Positions 1 through 13,058 of a stretch of DNA of 64,000 nt are shown in pieces. Position 1 is the stretch's first letter; each line of letters begins with the position of its first letter. The position numbers were made by a program, and so were the translations under genes. This DNA comes from Blastocladiella emersonii ATCC 22665 (taxonomy: Eukaryota > Fungi > Blastocladiomycota), in NCBI GenBank assembly GCA_025594325.1, contig JANHCV010000002.1, positions 2,170,001 through 2,234,000 on the forward strand, given 5' to 3'. The notes beneath the pieces are model-generated. The model had not been told where the DNA came from and did no database searches. It saw nothing but the letters and a program-made list of their open reading frames with translations.

Positions 1-96
1 GCGCGCCGCCGTCAGCGCGAGGACGCGACGCTCGCGGGCGCCGCGCTGACCACAACGCCGAGCACCGCGGTTCTCGCGCAGTCGCGACGATCGTCC

Positions 97-3000
97 ATGG
101 TGCCAGCAGGTAGGATGCGGCCCGAGTCGCCGCCCGCTGTCGGCTCGAACGCGACGACGACCGCCGCCACGACGCCGAGTATCGGGCGCAGCCTCGCGAG
201 TCTCGGGTCGCGGCCCGGGTCTCCCGCGCGCGGCGGAGCAGCTCGATCGACGGGTGATCCCCCGTCGGCGCCGTCCTCGCGCCCCGGCACGGGCGAAACC
301 GGCCGCATCGTGGGTCCCGGCGACGCGCCGCCGAGCGCCGGCGGCGGCGTTGGCGGCCCGATCGGCGGGCTCGCGGCCATGAAGAACTGGGGCAAGGTGC
401 GCAAGGTGCTGCTGCCCGAGAAGACCATCAACGTGTTCGAGCTGTTCGGCGGCAAGAAGAAGGGCGTCAAGGCGCCCGCGCCCTACACCATGACCATCTA
501 CCAGGGGATCCAGTTCAAGTACCGCGTGCAGCCGCCGAAGCGGAAGCTCGTCGCGGGGCATATCCACGAGCGGCTCGTGGTCGGCGGCACGCTCAACAAT
601 GTCTCGCTCAAGGTCCACGGCCGCTCGGGCGGCAATGGGGCAGGTGGTGGTGGCCCGGGCGGGACGGGGCCGGGTCCCGGCGGCAGCGCCGCGGGTCGCG
701 GCGGGGGTGGCGGCGGCGGCAAGAAGCGCGCGGCGCCCATCAACCCGCTCGCGCTCATGGGCATGACGTTCGACGTGCAGCCCGCGGCCGACGACGCGGA
801 CCGGCACCGGCACCGGCACTCGGACGACGAGTCGGACGACGACGACCGGTCGGACGTGAGCGACAGCATCGAGGACCTGGTGCGGCAGGTCGCGGGCGAG
901 GGCAAGAAGGACGCGGCGGGCGGCGGCAAGCAGAGCGGCGGGGATGGGACGGGACTGGGCAATGCCGGCCGCGGGCGCGTCAGTCTCACGGCGTCGTTCC
1001 TCGACGACAAGAACATGATCACGCTCCAGGACGTGTCCAAGGGCGCTCCGCCGTTCCGGTCGCTGCTGCACGAGGAGCTGCTTGTCGAAATGTCCCAGTT
1101 TGTGCCCATCGCGCAGCTCGGGCTCTACGCTGGGTGCTCGCACGACGAGACTATCAAGCTGTTCAATTCCAAGTTCGAGCATATCCGGAACGTGCTCGCG
1201 TGGCAGCCCGTCATCAAGTGCGTATTGCACTTTCGGTGGTCGATCGAGGCCAGTGCTGACTCGAGCTCGTGCCTACGTGTAGGGTCCAGTGGTTCGACGA
1301 TGTGCAGCGGCTCGCCGCCGTGGGCATCGACAAGGTCTCGTTCTGGTCGCTGGCCAGCAACATTGATCGGTACGCGTCTCTCTGATCCCGTGTCCCCCAC
1401 CACCACTCACACTCCAAGGCGTGTAGCGGCGAGGTCAAGGTGACGGCCACCAACGTGGGCTCCATCGACCTCGGCGCCAAGGTCAAGGCCGACTGGCTCA
1501 TCGACCTCATCTACGAGCCGCGCAACAAGCGGTACTACCTCGTTGTCGGCGCCACGGTCCACGTCTACTCGAACCAGTACGACTTTTTGTTCAAGATCGA
1601 GTCGCCCTACTCGCGGCCCTACACGTGCCTCGTGTTCCACCCCGAGCTTCACTACCTGTTCATCGGGGTCAGCGATGGATCGAGTACGTATTGCGTGGCG
1701 GGGACCTGCTGCATTTGTCAACTGACGACGTCGAGCGCGTAGTCCAGGTCTGGAACCTCAACAACACGCTGGTCCACGAGTTCGAGGGCCACCTCAAGGC
1801 TGTCTCGACGCTCGTGCTGTACAACAGCTCGCTGCTCATCTCGGGGTCCAAGGACGGGTCCATCCGCCTGTGGAACATTTCGACGTTTCGCCAGTCGTTT
1901 CGGTACGCTTGAACGAGGTCACGACGCGCGGTCGGAACTGACGATGGCCGCGCGTAGGCTGCAGATCAAGGAGGACATCAACCTCGTCGGCCTCATTGAC
2001 ATGCACCACCTCTGGGTCCATTCGAGCAAGGGTCTCTCGATGTGGGGCATCAACATGCTCAACCAGACGTTCAGCCACGTCAAGTACAATCACGCCTCGC
2101 GACCACGGCCTGCATCGATCACTGACGACCGCCGCCATGTAGCTCGGACATCAACTTCATGCGCCTGTACAAGACGGCTCGGTCGCCCGCGCGCGTCCTC
2201 GTCGGGTCCGACGACGGCGTCTGGCGGCTGCTCTCGCCCATCAGCGGCAAAGTGCTCACGACGTGCATCCCGATCCAGCAAAACGTCAAGATCCGCGACG
2301 CGACGTACAGTCCGCGGACGAGTACGCTACCACCTTCGCCCACGTCGCGCGTCAAGCAACTCACGCGCGTTCCCCCGTCGTCTAGACCGCATCTTTTTCC
2401 TCATGGAGTCGGGCGACATATGGGTCGCGGCGACGGACGCGAACCCGAGCGTCATCATCGAGCACTGGAAGCTCGGGTCGTCGGCGCAGGAGGACTGCAG
2501 CTGCATCTGCGCCTTCGACGGCCGCCTAGAGAACGGCAAGGACTACACGTTCCTGTTCGGCGGCACGGGTAACGGCCAGGTCATCGTCTACACGCAGTAC
2601 GGCACCGTTGGCAAGCGGTACCAGGTCCACGGCGCGCAGATCACGCGTATCATCGCCGACCAGAAGGAGGGGCTCATTGTGAGCATCGCCAAGGGTACGC
2701 TAACCATCCGCGAGCGCGTTGGCCGTGTCCACTCACGAACGCGGATGTGTAGACAATACGATCCGCGTCACTCAGGTGTGTCCGGGCAAAAAAGACGTGC
2801 TGGTGCCCAAGACGGCCATCAGCTTCACGTCGCCGCCGACGTCGATCTGCACGAGCGACTTCCAGCTCGTGGTCGGCACCGAGGACGGCGTCGTGTCCAT
2901 GTTCAACTTCAACCTGCGCACGGGCGACTACCGGCAGGTGCCGTCGCACGCGCGCAACGACGACCACAGCGACAGCGTGATCGGGAGCAGCTTCCGGAAA

Positions 3001-5924
3001 CGCTGGGGCCTGTACATGACGCTGGGCGCCGAAGGCGCCATCAAGGTGTGGGACACGGGCAACGTGCTGGTGCGCGAGATCCAGTTCGACGCGCCGCCGA
3101 CCGGCGTGTGCGTCGCCAACTCGTGGATGGACCTGCTCGTCACCTGGGACAACCGCATCGACCTGATCCGGTACTACGACTACCTCCCGCCCGGCTACGC
3201 CCAGAGCATCTCGTCCGCGTTCCACAAGGCCAACCCGCCCGAGGAACCGCTCCCGCTCGAGCCCAACCAGGAGCTCGCGCGGCTCATCCCGAAACGCCCC
3301 GCGCCGTCGGCCGCGCGAGGCGCGAACTGGATGGAGATCCTGAACCTCGTCCCCGACAACTCGTGGCGCACGCCCGACATGATCGGCGGCGCGATGCACG
3401 CGGCGGCGGAAGCCGCGGCAGCCGAAGCCGCGGACCTCGCGGCCCTCGCGCGCGCGAATCGCGCGGGAGCGGGCGACCTCACCGTCGGCCGAGCCCTGCG
3501 CGGTGACGGCGGCGACCGCGGCGGTCGGTCTCCGTCGACCACGGCTCGCAACGCGGGCAGCGCGTACTCGTCCATTTCGGGCGGCAACCTGCTCGCGCCG
3601 CGGCGGCAGTCGCCCGGCCGGTCCGTGTCGCCGAACCGCCGCCGGCTCGTGTCAACCATGCTGGCCGGCGACGACGCGACGCCGCTCGTCTCGCACCTCA
3701 TGCTCCAGGAGAGCGAGATGCAGCTCACGTTCACGGGCGAGCCGCTCGACCGCGCCTCGTCCATTGCCAACATCGCCGAGGCCGACCTGACGATCCCGGG
3801 CAAGGTGCACCACACGCCGGTCGTGCCCGACGGCCGGCTGCCCAACTCGAAGCTGCTGTCGCTCGTCGACGCGTATCAGCGCGAGCACGGGATCGACCAG
3901 CCGCGGCGGTCTGGGATCAAGCGCAAGAAGAAGCCGCGGCCCGTGACCGTCGAGGACCGCCAGCGCCGGTCCGAGGAGTACAAGTCGCGCCTGCAGCGGC
4001 TGCTGGCCATGATGCCCAAGCCCGCGACGCCCGAGCCGACGCCGGTGGTCGCCGTCGAGAAGCCCGCGTCGCCCAAGAAACCGCCCTCGCCCAAGAAGCC
4101 CCCGCCGCGTCGTCCCCCGCCGCCTCCCACGAGCTTCGACATCGACATGCCGCCCCCGCCGCCCCCGCCGCCGCCGATCCCCGAGGAGCCCGAGGAGCCG
4201 GACGTCATGGAGGACCTGCCCAAGCTGATCGCCAAGGCGCTCGAGTTCCACTTTTTCCAGGAGCAGCAGCTGTTCAACGTCAAGCAGTCCAAGAACGGGC
4301 GCGTGCGGCGCGAGCTCGCCGTCGAGCCGACGCCCGATGGCCTGCTGCCGCTGCTGATCGCGACGTTCGAGAAGAGCGACCTGCTGGCCAAGCGCGAGAT
4401 CGCGGACTTCATCAACTGGATGAACTCCGAGTTCGAGTTTGCGCACTCGCGGCGGATCCTGGACCTGTACCTCAACTACCTGTTCGGCGTGTTCCTGGTC
4501 CCCGTCAACGACCTCGAGAAGGAGCTGATCCTGACGCTGCTCAGCGCGCTCAACCAGTTCGGCCCCGATGACCTCGAGGTCTGGGCATGTCTGCTCCTGT
4601 TCCTCGTGTACGGCGACGACAAGGTCGAGGAGCAGGCGAGGCACATCCTGACGGACCTCGGCCTCCGCGAACCCATGTTCGCGCTGCTCGCGAAACGCGT
4701 CCAGGACCTCTTCTTCATGGCCAAGCGCGACGCCGGCGAGGGCAATAACCCGATGCCGCTCGCCCGCAAGTACGTCATGGCGTGGGTCCGCCGCATCCCC
4801 ATGGCCTTCCGCGGCCCGCCCAACGCCAACGAGGAGGACCCGAACAGCAGCGCGGGCAAGAAGAAGAAGGGCAAGAAGAAGAAACCCAAGCGTACGTGTC
4901 TCTCGAGGATCGAGGCTGCCCACGCACAGGCTGACACGATCGTCACGCGCGTGTAGGCAAGAACTTTGACGTGAGCCACTCGATGACCGACCTCGCCAAG
5001 CTGCTGACGAGCGGCACGTTCACGACCGAGTCCAGCGCGGCGGTTGAGGAGAAAATGGACATGCCGATCGCGGACCTAGTCAACGAGTGGATCGAGTACC
5101 AGAAGGAGCGCGAGCGGTGGCTCGAGGCGCAGCGGCTCGAGGGCGAGCGGCTGCTGCGCGAGAAAGAGGAGAACGACAAGCGCACCGCCGAACGGCTCCG
5201 CCTGGAACGCGAGGCCCTCGAGGCGCGCGAAGCGGCGCGGCGCGAGCGCGAGGAACGCCGGCGGCAGGAGCTCGCGCGGCTCAAGGCCAAGCCCAAGACG
5301 GCGGTCCGCCGGTCCAAGTTCCCCGACCCGCACTTCTCGCAGTGCCACCCGAGCCGCGAGTCGGTCAACTACCGGTTCACGCTGCCGCCGCTCGACGACG
5401 CAGACAACCTGATCGGCGCGCACCTGCTCAAGATCGCCAAGTCGATGCCCATCGAGCTCGTCAACCCGCGCCCATTCGCCAAGTCGAACCGCATCGGGCT
5501 GCATGACCCGCAGTTCCGCACCTTCACGGCGCCCGCGTCGGCCGCGGCGGTCAGCCCGATCACGCTCCCGCCGCCGCAGGCGAGCAGCAGCTCGGCGGGC
5601 CCGAGTCACGGCGGTGGAGCGGCGACGGGTGGTGCCTCGTCCGTATCGTCGACGCGGCGCAGCTCGCTCGCTGGGCCTGTACGGCGGGCAGCCGCGTCGG
5701 CTGGGGCACCGGGCGAGCACGCGTCGGCCGCCCCGGACGATGTCGGGTTCGCGACGCGGAAGCGGTACCTGGTGCTCGATCGGCGCAGCATGGCGGGCCT
5801 GTACGCGTCGTCGCCTACGGGGTCGCAGTCGAGCATCCGGCTGAACACGGGGTCAAGTCCGCTGGCGGCCAAGGATAACAGCGGGTCGACAGCGACGCTG
5901 GCGTCGTCGGTCGGGTTGTCGTAG
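97..5924 (+). CDS. Large WD40-repeat protein with Pro-rich linker, helical/HEAT-like segment and coiled-coil C-terminus (WDR87/WDR97-like, tentative); 8 inferred introns; may start upstream of the window
   Basis: The frame is open from base 1. ORF pieces join through short introns (e.g. 1218-1282, 1686-1742, 4892-4956; mostly GTACGY..TAG). WD-type segments include HEFEGHLKAVSTLVLYNSSLLISGSKDGSIRLWNI and TLGAEGAIKVWD. The family assignment is from memory only. Confidence 0.75.
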
Positions 5925-5985
5925 TGTAGCGAGCGGAAGGTAAATCATGTATCACACACACGTAGCTGCAAAAATGAAGGACGGA

Positions 5986-6853
5986 TCAATCAAAGTTGAT
6001 GTCCTCGGGCCGCACCGGGTGCTTGAGCGGGATGATCGACTCTTTTTTGACGTCGCGCGGAAGTGCTTTGCGCATGTCTGCGACGGGGAGCGCGGTGAGT
6101 GTGACCGTGGGCTGCACGCTGAGCGGAGGGACGTACCGTAAGCGTCCTCGTTTTCACCGTTTGGTCCAGATCCGCTATAGTAGCTGAGCACGCGCCGATA
6201 CACCGTGTACCCGAGTTGCTCGTACATGCCGATGGCGACGGCATTGGACTCGCGGACGAAAAGGTCGACGAAGTAGCCATTGTAGCTACACGGGCGGACG
6301 TCAGCTGCCAGTTGACAGGGAATCGATGTCACTCGCAAACGCACATGTTCTCGGACACGGTCTCGAGGATCGCCATGAGCTGCTTGGCGAGTCCGAGCCG
6401 GCGGTAGTCGGGACCGACCGTGACTGCCGTGACGTGGCCGTGCCACTCCTTGCCGCGGCCCTCGGCCTTGCCCATGACTACGGAGCCGCACTATGTGATG
6501 AGCACTCGGTTTGTGTATGTGACAACGCTATTGTGACGCACCGTAGCCCATGGCCTCGCCCGAGGCGGACTCGGCCATGTAAAAGTAGTCGGGCCAGCGA
6601 GCGAGGTAGCCCAGGTAGAACGGGATGTTGTACTGCAGGTAGGGGCCGTGAGTGAATGTCGTAGTCGCGTCGTGCGGTCAAGATCATACGTTCTCGGTCA
6701 ACGGGTCAAGGTTGCTGGATCATAAAAAGCGAGGCGAAGAGTGCATGGTGAGCGATAGTGCTCTGCGACGCGGCGATCGCGATACATGGGGGACACAAAC
6801 ACATTGCTCAGAGTGAACAGGTCCTCTGCCGTGAAGCGGCGCAGCGTAGTCAT
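5986..6853 (-). CDS. NAA20: N-terminal acetyltransferase B catalytic subunit (GNAT), spliced
   Basis: Spliced translation MTTLRRFTAEDLFTLSNV-NLDPLTEN-YNIPFYLGYLARWPDYFYMAES..MGKAEG..WHGHVTAVTVGPDYRRLGLA..VDLFVRESNAVAIGMYEQLGY..DMRKALPRDVKKESIIPLKHPVRPEDINFD* matches Nat3/NAA20 end to end. Confidence 0.93.
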
Positions 6854-7645
6854 TGCAAGGTGGTCGCGTGCGGGAGCGAGAACAGCGCCCGAACGATCGG
6901 CGCGTCAAGTCGCTCACCGAGGGAACAGCACGTGAGATCACCCGCGCGAGACGCGAGACAAAACGCGTCGCGCGACGCGTCTCGCACCGGATGTCTCGCA
7001 CGTCCCGCACCACGCTCTGTCCGCGTCAGCAACGTCCGACCCGACTGCGAGGCGCCGCCGCGTTCGTTTCCCCCGTGTGAAAACAAATTCGGTGCAGCGG
7101 CCTCCTCCGCGACCGTGTGACTTGGTGCAGAGTACATGCCTCGGCGCTGTCGGCGCGTGTGAGACGCCTCTCGCCGGTTACCAAGCATGCGCACGCCGCG
7201 CCTCACTCATAAAATGGTACTGCCTTGTCAGCTCGCTACCTCCTGGACGTGTCGCGCCGGGCCAAACCGTGTCTGTCTCGCGCTCGGGTGCGTTGTCCCC
7301 GACGGCGTCGATGGCGGCCGGTATCGACCGTTGATGATGATTTCGACTACGCTCCCTCGATCCACTCGGGCCTCCAGCCGTGCCCTCCTGCCATCGCACC
7401 AGCGTCCTTTGTCCCGCGGCCCTGTACCGGTAATCTGGTGTCGTGTCCGTGGCTGCGAGACGCGTTTCCCCTCGCGCCGCCGTGCACGCGACCTCCTCCC
7501 CTCTCCCACACGCGTTCGCGCCAGCGTTCGCGCGCTCGCTCGCACCACCCACGCCAGATGTCGGGCCGCTGCTCCAATTATGCGCGACTGTGCACCCAAC
7601 TCATCCTCTCGCTGAACGTAGAGAATAACACCCGCCTCTATAGAC

Positions 7646-10600
7646 ATGAACTTGCTCGATCACGCGAGGCGGCCGCGGCCGCCACCACCCCGCCCATGCA
7701 CTGGCGTGCCGCGCCCTCGCCTCACCACCACTTTCGCGGGTGTCCCACTCCTTGCAACATGCATCATTCTTCTCGCACTACTATCCAGCAGCGGCACCGT
7801 CGACGCCGCGGTGCAGTCGCTCGACGGCACCGGCAACAACCCGGTCCCCGCCAAGGCCGCGTGGGGGAGCGTCGGCCAGACGCTGTCCCGCACCTTCGTC
7901 GCGGCCAACAGCTACACGGACGGTGTCGCGGCGCCGCGGTCGTCGCCGAACCCGCGCGAGATCACGCGCTTGCTCTTCGACAACCCGAGCGCGCTGTCCA
8001 ACCTCACGGGCGCCGGCTACGACCAGAAGTGGGCCGCGCTGCTTCCTGTTCTCCACCGGGTTCATTTCACTCCGCTGACCTGCGTCCTGGGAACTCGAAG
8101 ACTGACTCGCTCCCGTGTGTAGCTGCTCGCCATCGACCTCGTCCAGATCTCGGCGAACCCGGCTGAGCCGTACCCGCTCGCGGTCCCCGCGTGTGACACG
8201 GTCTTCGACCCACTGTGCACGGGAACGGCGGCCATCAACTATGCGCGCGCGGCCGGCTCGCTCACGGGGCCGAGCGGGTCCCGGCTCGCGACCAACCTCG
8301 CCACGGCCTACATGGACGCCGGCTTCCTCTACGGTACGCGACCCGCGCGGTTGCTCGCCGTGACCACGAACTGACCCCACTCGCACGCGTAGGCACCAGC
8401 GCGTCGACGCTCCAGTCCATGCGCACCATGACCGGCGGCAAGCTGGCGCTCGACCCCAAGGGGCTGCTGCTCACCAAGACCCTCTCGTCGGCCGTGACGC
8501 TCGGCGAGCTCATCGTCCCGGCGTACCAGCCCGTGTACCTCGCCGGCGACCTGCGCATCAACGCGCACCCGGGCACCATCGCCATCACCACGCTGCTCGC
8601 GCGCGAGCACAACCGCAAGGCCGGCCTGATCCTCGCGCAGAACCCGACCATGTCTGACGAAGAGTGCGCCCCCCGCTTTCGCTGATCACGCGACCCATGT
8701 CGCTAACCGCCTCGACTCGACCGTGTAGCGTGTTCCAGACGGCGCGCCGGTGGACCATCTCGGTGTGGCAGCGGCTCGTCATTGAGGAACTGACGACGAC
8801 CATGCTCGGGTCGACGCTGCCGGGCTTTCCGGGGTACTCGAACACGACGGCGCCCGAGGTCGACTCCTTCTCCGCGAGCTGCCTGCTCCCGATCGGCTAC
8901 CTCGGCAGCGGGTCCGTCGTGTACCGGTACAACGCGGACGGCACCGAGCACGCCGCGGGCCACCTGCACGCGCCGCCGGCGCTCGGCCGGATCCCGTCGT
9001 TTGTCAAGGCCGTCAACGCGAGCGGCATCGAACCGATCCTCATCGGGCTCATGACGTCGCGCGAGCTCCCGCTGCGCGGGGGCGCGCACGGCAACGCGGC
9101 CGATGTCCTTGCCATGCTGGTGCACCGCGCGCGCGACCTCGGCGTCCCAACGTACGCGGCGGCGCGGGCCGCGCTCGGGCTCACGACGCCCACGTCGTTT
9201 GCGTCCATCAGCAGCAACCCCGTGGTGCAGGCGACGCTGGCCAAGATCTACGCGAGCGCGGCCGACGTCGACGCGTGTCTCGGCTCGTGGCTCGAGGACC
9301 CGGTCCCGTACACGCGCGTGGGCACGACGCTCGCGGCGGCGTACTCCAAGACCGTGGCGCTCGCGCGTAACTCGGACTACTTCATCTACCTGTCGCCGAC
9401 GTCGGGCTATGCCACTGCGCAGTCGTACGAGGTGCGCAGGTACGGGTTCGACTACCTGGTCAAGAACAACACGAACCTGGCCCGGTTCCCGCAGTCGATT
9501 GCGAGTCCGGCCGATGCGGCCACGGCCTTCACCAACGTCACGGCGACGACGACCATCAGCCCCGCGGACACGGCGGCGCGCGAGTTCGCGTTCCGGTCGC
9601 GCACGCTCGTCGACGGGCTCAAGCTCAACTGGACGGTCTCCGCGCCGTACCTCAAGATGCAGATCACGACGACGCTCATGGGCTGGATCGCCATCGGGTT
9701 CGGTCTCGGCATGCCCGTCAACATGGACGCCAACATCGTCGTGTACGCGAACGGCGTGCCCGAGGTCGCCGACTACTACACGGTCGGGTACGGCCCGACG
9801 CGCGACACGGCGCGGGGCGGGACCTCGGACATTTCGGGCTTCTCGTGGTCCGACGACCCTGTCTCGGGCGCCCGCACGTTCAAGTGGTCGCGCCTGCTCA
9901 CGTCCACGGACCCGAACGACGCCAACATCACGACGGCGGGCACCCAGATCGTGTTCGCGTACGGCCCGCAGCCGGCGCCCGTGTACCACGCGTCGCGGCG
10001 CGGCTTCGCCTTTATCAACTTCTACGCGCTCGGGCTCGCGCCCGTGCCCACGTCAACGAGTACGCCGACGAGCACCGCCACGGCGACGCCGACGCCCACT
10101 TCCACGGTCACCCCGCCCAAGACGCCCGTTGGGCTCAAGGTGCTGCACGGGCTGCTCATGTACCTGGCCTTCTTTGTCGCGATCCCGTTCGGCATCTTCA
10201 GCGCGCGGCACCTGGCGGCCAAGAACTGGCTCGACATCCACTTCAAGGTCAACCAGTTCGTGTTCTCGAAGACGGCGCTGTCGCTGCTCACGGCGCTGCT
10301 GGGCGACAGCAATGGGTTCATGGACAGCGCGCACGGCGTGTGGGGCATGATCACGACCATCGGGCTCGCGCTGACCATGGCAGGCGGGATGCTGAGCGGG
10401 TTCAACCTCCGCGTCCCGCAGTGGGTCACGTCGATTGCGCGCAAGATGCACGTCCCGATCGCGCTCGCGACGTGGGGCGCGGGGATCTACGACTGCATCA
10501 ACGGCGCCGAGATGATGTCCAAGTACGGCAAGGAGTGGGGCTGGTTCACGTACCTCAACTGGGCCGGGCTCGCGGCGCTCGTCCCCGTGATGCTGTACCT

Positions 10601-12857
10601 CGAGGTCCGCCGCATCAAGTACGGCAAAGTGGCAATGCGGTCGCTCACGCGCATCTCCAAGCTCAAGAAGTCGCTCGCGTCGCGGTCCGGGCTCATCAAC
10701 GACGACGACGGCCACCGCGTCCTCCCCGAGTTCACGTGGACCGCGATCCGCGAGAAGGTCCAGGACGGGCTCATGTGGCTCGTCATTGACGGCGTCGTCT
10801 ACGACGTGTCCAAGTACGCCGAGTCGCACCCGGGCGGCAAGCAGGCGATCCTGCGGTACGTCGGCAGCGACGCCACGGCCGCCTTCAACGGCATGAAGGG
10901 CAGCGCCAGCCACTTCAGCCTGCGGTCCGACGACGGCGGCGAGTCGGACGGCGGCGGCGACCGGTCGCGCACCGCGTCCGTGTCCGGGACCGACACGTCG
11001 GCGGTGGGCCTGCTCCGCCGCCGCATCAGCGTCTTCACGGGCAACAACAACACGTCGAGCGGCAGCGGCAGCGCCAACGGGAGCTCGTCGGCCGGCATGA
11101 TGTCCCTGCGCGCCATGTCGGGCGTCGGCGGCCGGTCGTCCATCTTCTGGCAGAGCGGCACCGTCAAGCGCGTGTACGCGCACGCGCACTCGCGGCTCGC
11201 GCGCCTCAAGCTTAACACGCTGGCCATCGGGTACCTGGCCGACGGCAAGAGCGCCGCGAGCAAGAAAAGCGCGATCATGAGCAGCGCGGCGCTCGAGGGA
11301 CTCGACTTTGAGGAGGGCGACCTCGTCCCGGCGTGGTACCCGCCCGAGCGCAACCCCGGGCTCAGCGAGCTGCAGTTCCGGTCGCTCACCATCGTCAAGC
11401 GCACGCGGCTCACGGCGCCGCCCGCATCGCTGCTGGGTCTCGACGCCACGGCGCTCCAGTCCCCGACCACGGCCGCCAGCGGCGCGTCGGGTCCCGTGTA
11501 TCTGTTCCGTCTCGCGTTCCGGTCGCCGAGCGAGGAGGTGTGGTTCAAGCCGGGCGACAGCGTGGTCCTGCAGCTCCCCGCCGAGGACGGGCGGCAGCTG
11601 CACACGCGCGCGTACACGCCCATCGCGTGCCAGGCGCAGGGGTACCTCGACCTGATCATCCGCGTGTACCCGAACGGCGCCCTCACGCCGCTGCTCGAGC
11701 AGCTCGAGGTGGGTGACGAGGTCAGCGTGCGCGGACCCGACCGGTGCCCGAAGTCGCTGCTCCGGCTCACGCCCGCGCCGCCCGGCCGCCGCGAGGTGAT
11801 CGGCGGCGACGGCGACGGCGCGGCCGCGGCGGGCGCAATGACGCGCGCGCTCGTGGTGCGCGGGCTCGAGATCGACCCCGTCTCGCGCGGGTGCTACGAG
11901 CACGTCGGCCTGATCGCGGCGGGCACGGGCATCACGCCGATGCTCCTGCTCATCGACTACTACGTCAAGCACTGCCCGCGCGACCCGGCGTCGGGCGTCC
12001 CGCTGTCGCGCATCACGCTGCTGTACCAGGCCAAGAACCGCGGCGACCTCGTCTACTACAACGAGCTCGAGGCGCTCGTCGCCACGCACGCGCCGCTCCT
12101 GCGCGTCGTGTACCACCTCTCGCAGGACGACGCGGGCAAGACCGGCGGCGATGCGACCACGCCCCCGCTGACGCCGGCGAGCGGACCCGTGCAGTACCGG
12201 CGCATCGACGCGGACGCGATCCGCCGCGACATGCCGCCGGCGGCGCGCGCGTTCCGGACCACGACGTCCGCACTGGCTTCGGGCCCGCCGTCGCCGCTCC
12301 CCGTCCCGCACCTGTTGGCCGGCCCGATTGTTTCCTCGACACTCGGCCCCATGTCGCTGGCCATGGGCGGCAGCATGTCGTCGGACACGGGCGGGATCGG
12401 CGTGGTGCCGCCGTCGCCCGTGATGCCGCACGTCAACAACGGGTTCCCGACGATCCGCCGCCGCACCTCCGTCAGCTTCGTGGTCCCGACCATCAACCGG
12501 CCCGCGTCGACGGCCGGCGGGCTCGGGACCGACCCGAACGCCATCGGCATGGGCATCCTCAAGACGGCGAGTCTGTCGGGCACGGCCACACCGACGACGA
12601 CGGCCGCGGCAGCAGGCCCGACGACTGGGTCCGCCTCCGTGTCTGGCGCCCTGTCGCCGGCCGGCGGGTCTTCGTCGATCCTGCACCGCGCGCTCACCGA
12701 CACGGCGGGTGCGGGCGTCGCCGCCGCGGCCGCACAGGGCAGCGCCGTCGCTGACGCGATGATGCTGGTGTGCGGGCCGCCCGAGTTCAACTCGAGCGTG
12801 GTCAAGGCGTTGCAGACGCTCGGGTACTCGGGCGACAGCGTCGTGGTGTTGCAGTAG
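7646..12857 (+). CDS. Multidomain membrane redox protein (1674 aa): signal/anchor + degenerate animal-type haem-peroxidase domain + DOMON + cytochrome b561 + cytochrome b5 + FAD/NAD(P)H-binding reductase
   Basis: Introns 8060-8122, 8334-8392 and 8664-8728 give a 5025-nt CDS. Peroxidase-fold motifs: SLDGTGNN, PNPREIT, MDAGFLYG, GDLRIN, AREHNR, RARDLGVPTY. DOMON: GWIAIGFG-GM..MD..YH. Four b561 His: LHG, DIHF, AHG, KMH. b5: IDGVVYDVS..HPGG..HAHS. Reductase: RAYTP, RVYPNGALT, AAGTGITPM, CGPPEF. Confidence 0.88.
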
Positions 12858-13058
12858 TAGTTGGGGGTTGCTTTTTTTGCTCTTCACGTTCGCGAATCTA
12901 TACATTTCCCTAATCCACGCGATGTACAACATATCATATCGCTCATCAGCGGGAGATGAGTGCGTCGCCGAGTGGCCGCCTTGATCACGCCCAGCAGGAA
13001 GAGTTGAGGGTCACGCAACGAGTATGACTATATATGAGCAAATAACCAGCGACTCCGC

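Noticed and set aside
5952-6491. Apparent frameshifted or garbled NAA20 in the ORF track
   Set aside because: Fully resolved by ordinary short introns; the spliced C-terminus VRPEDINFD* is normal.
10053-12932. 959-aa minus-strand ORF and similar long antisense or alternate-frame ORFs (3652-4923, 14220-15764, 17830-19146, 23288-25657)
   Set aside because: They are shadows of GC3-rich sense genes: Arg/Ala/Gly-rich with no motifs, while the opposite frame carries the recognisable domains.
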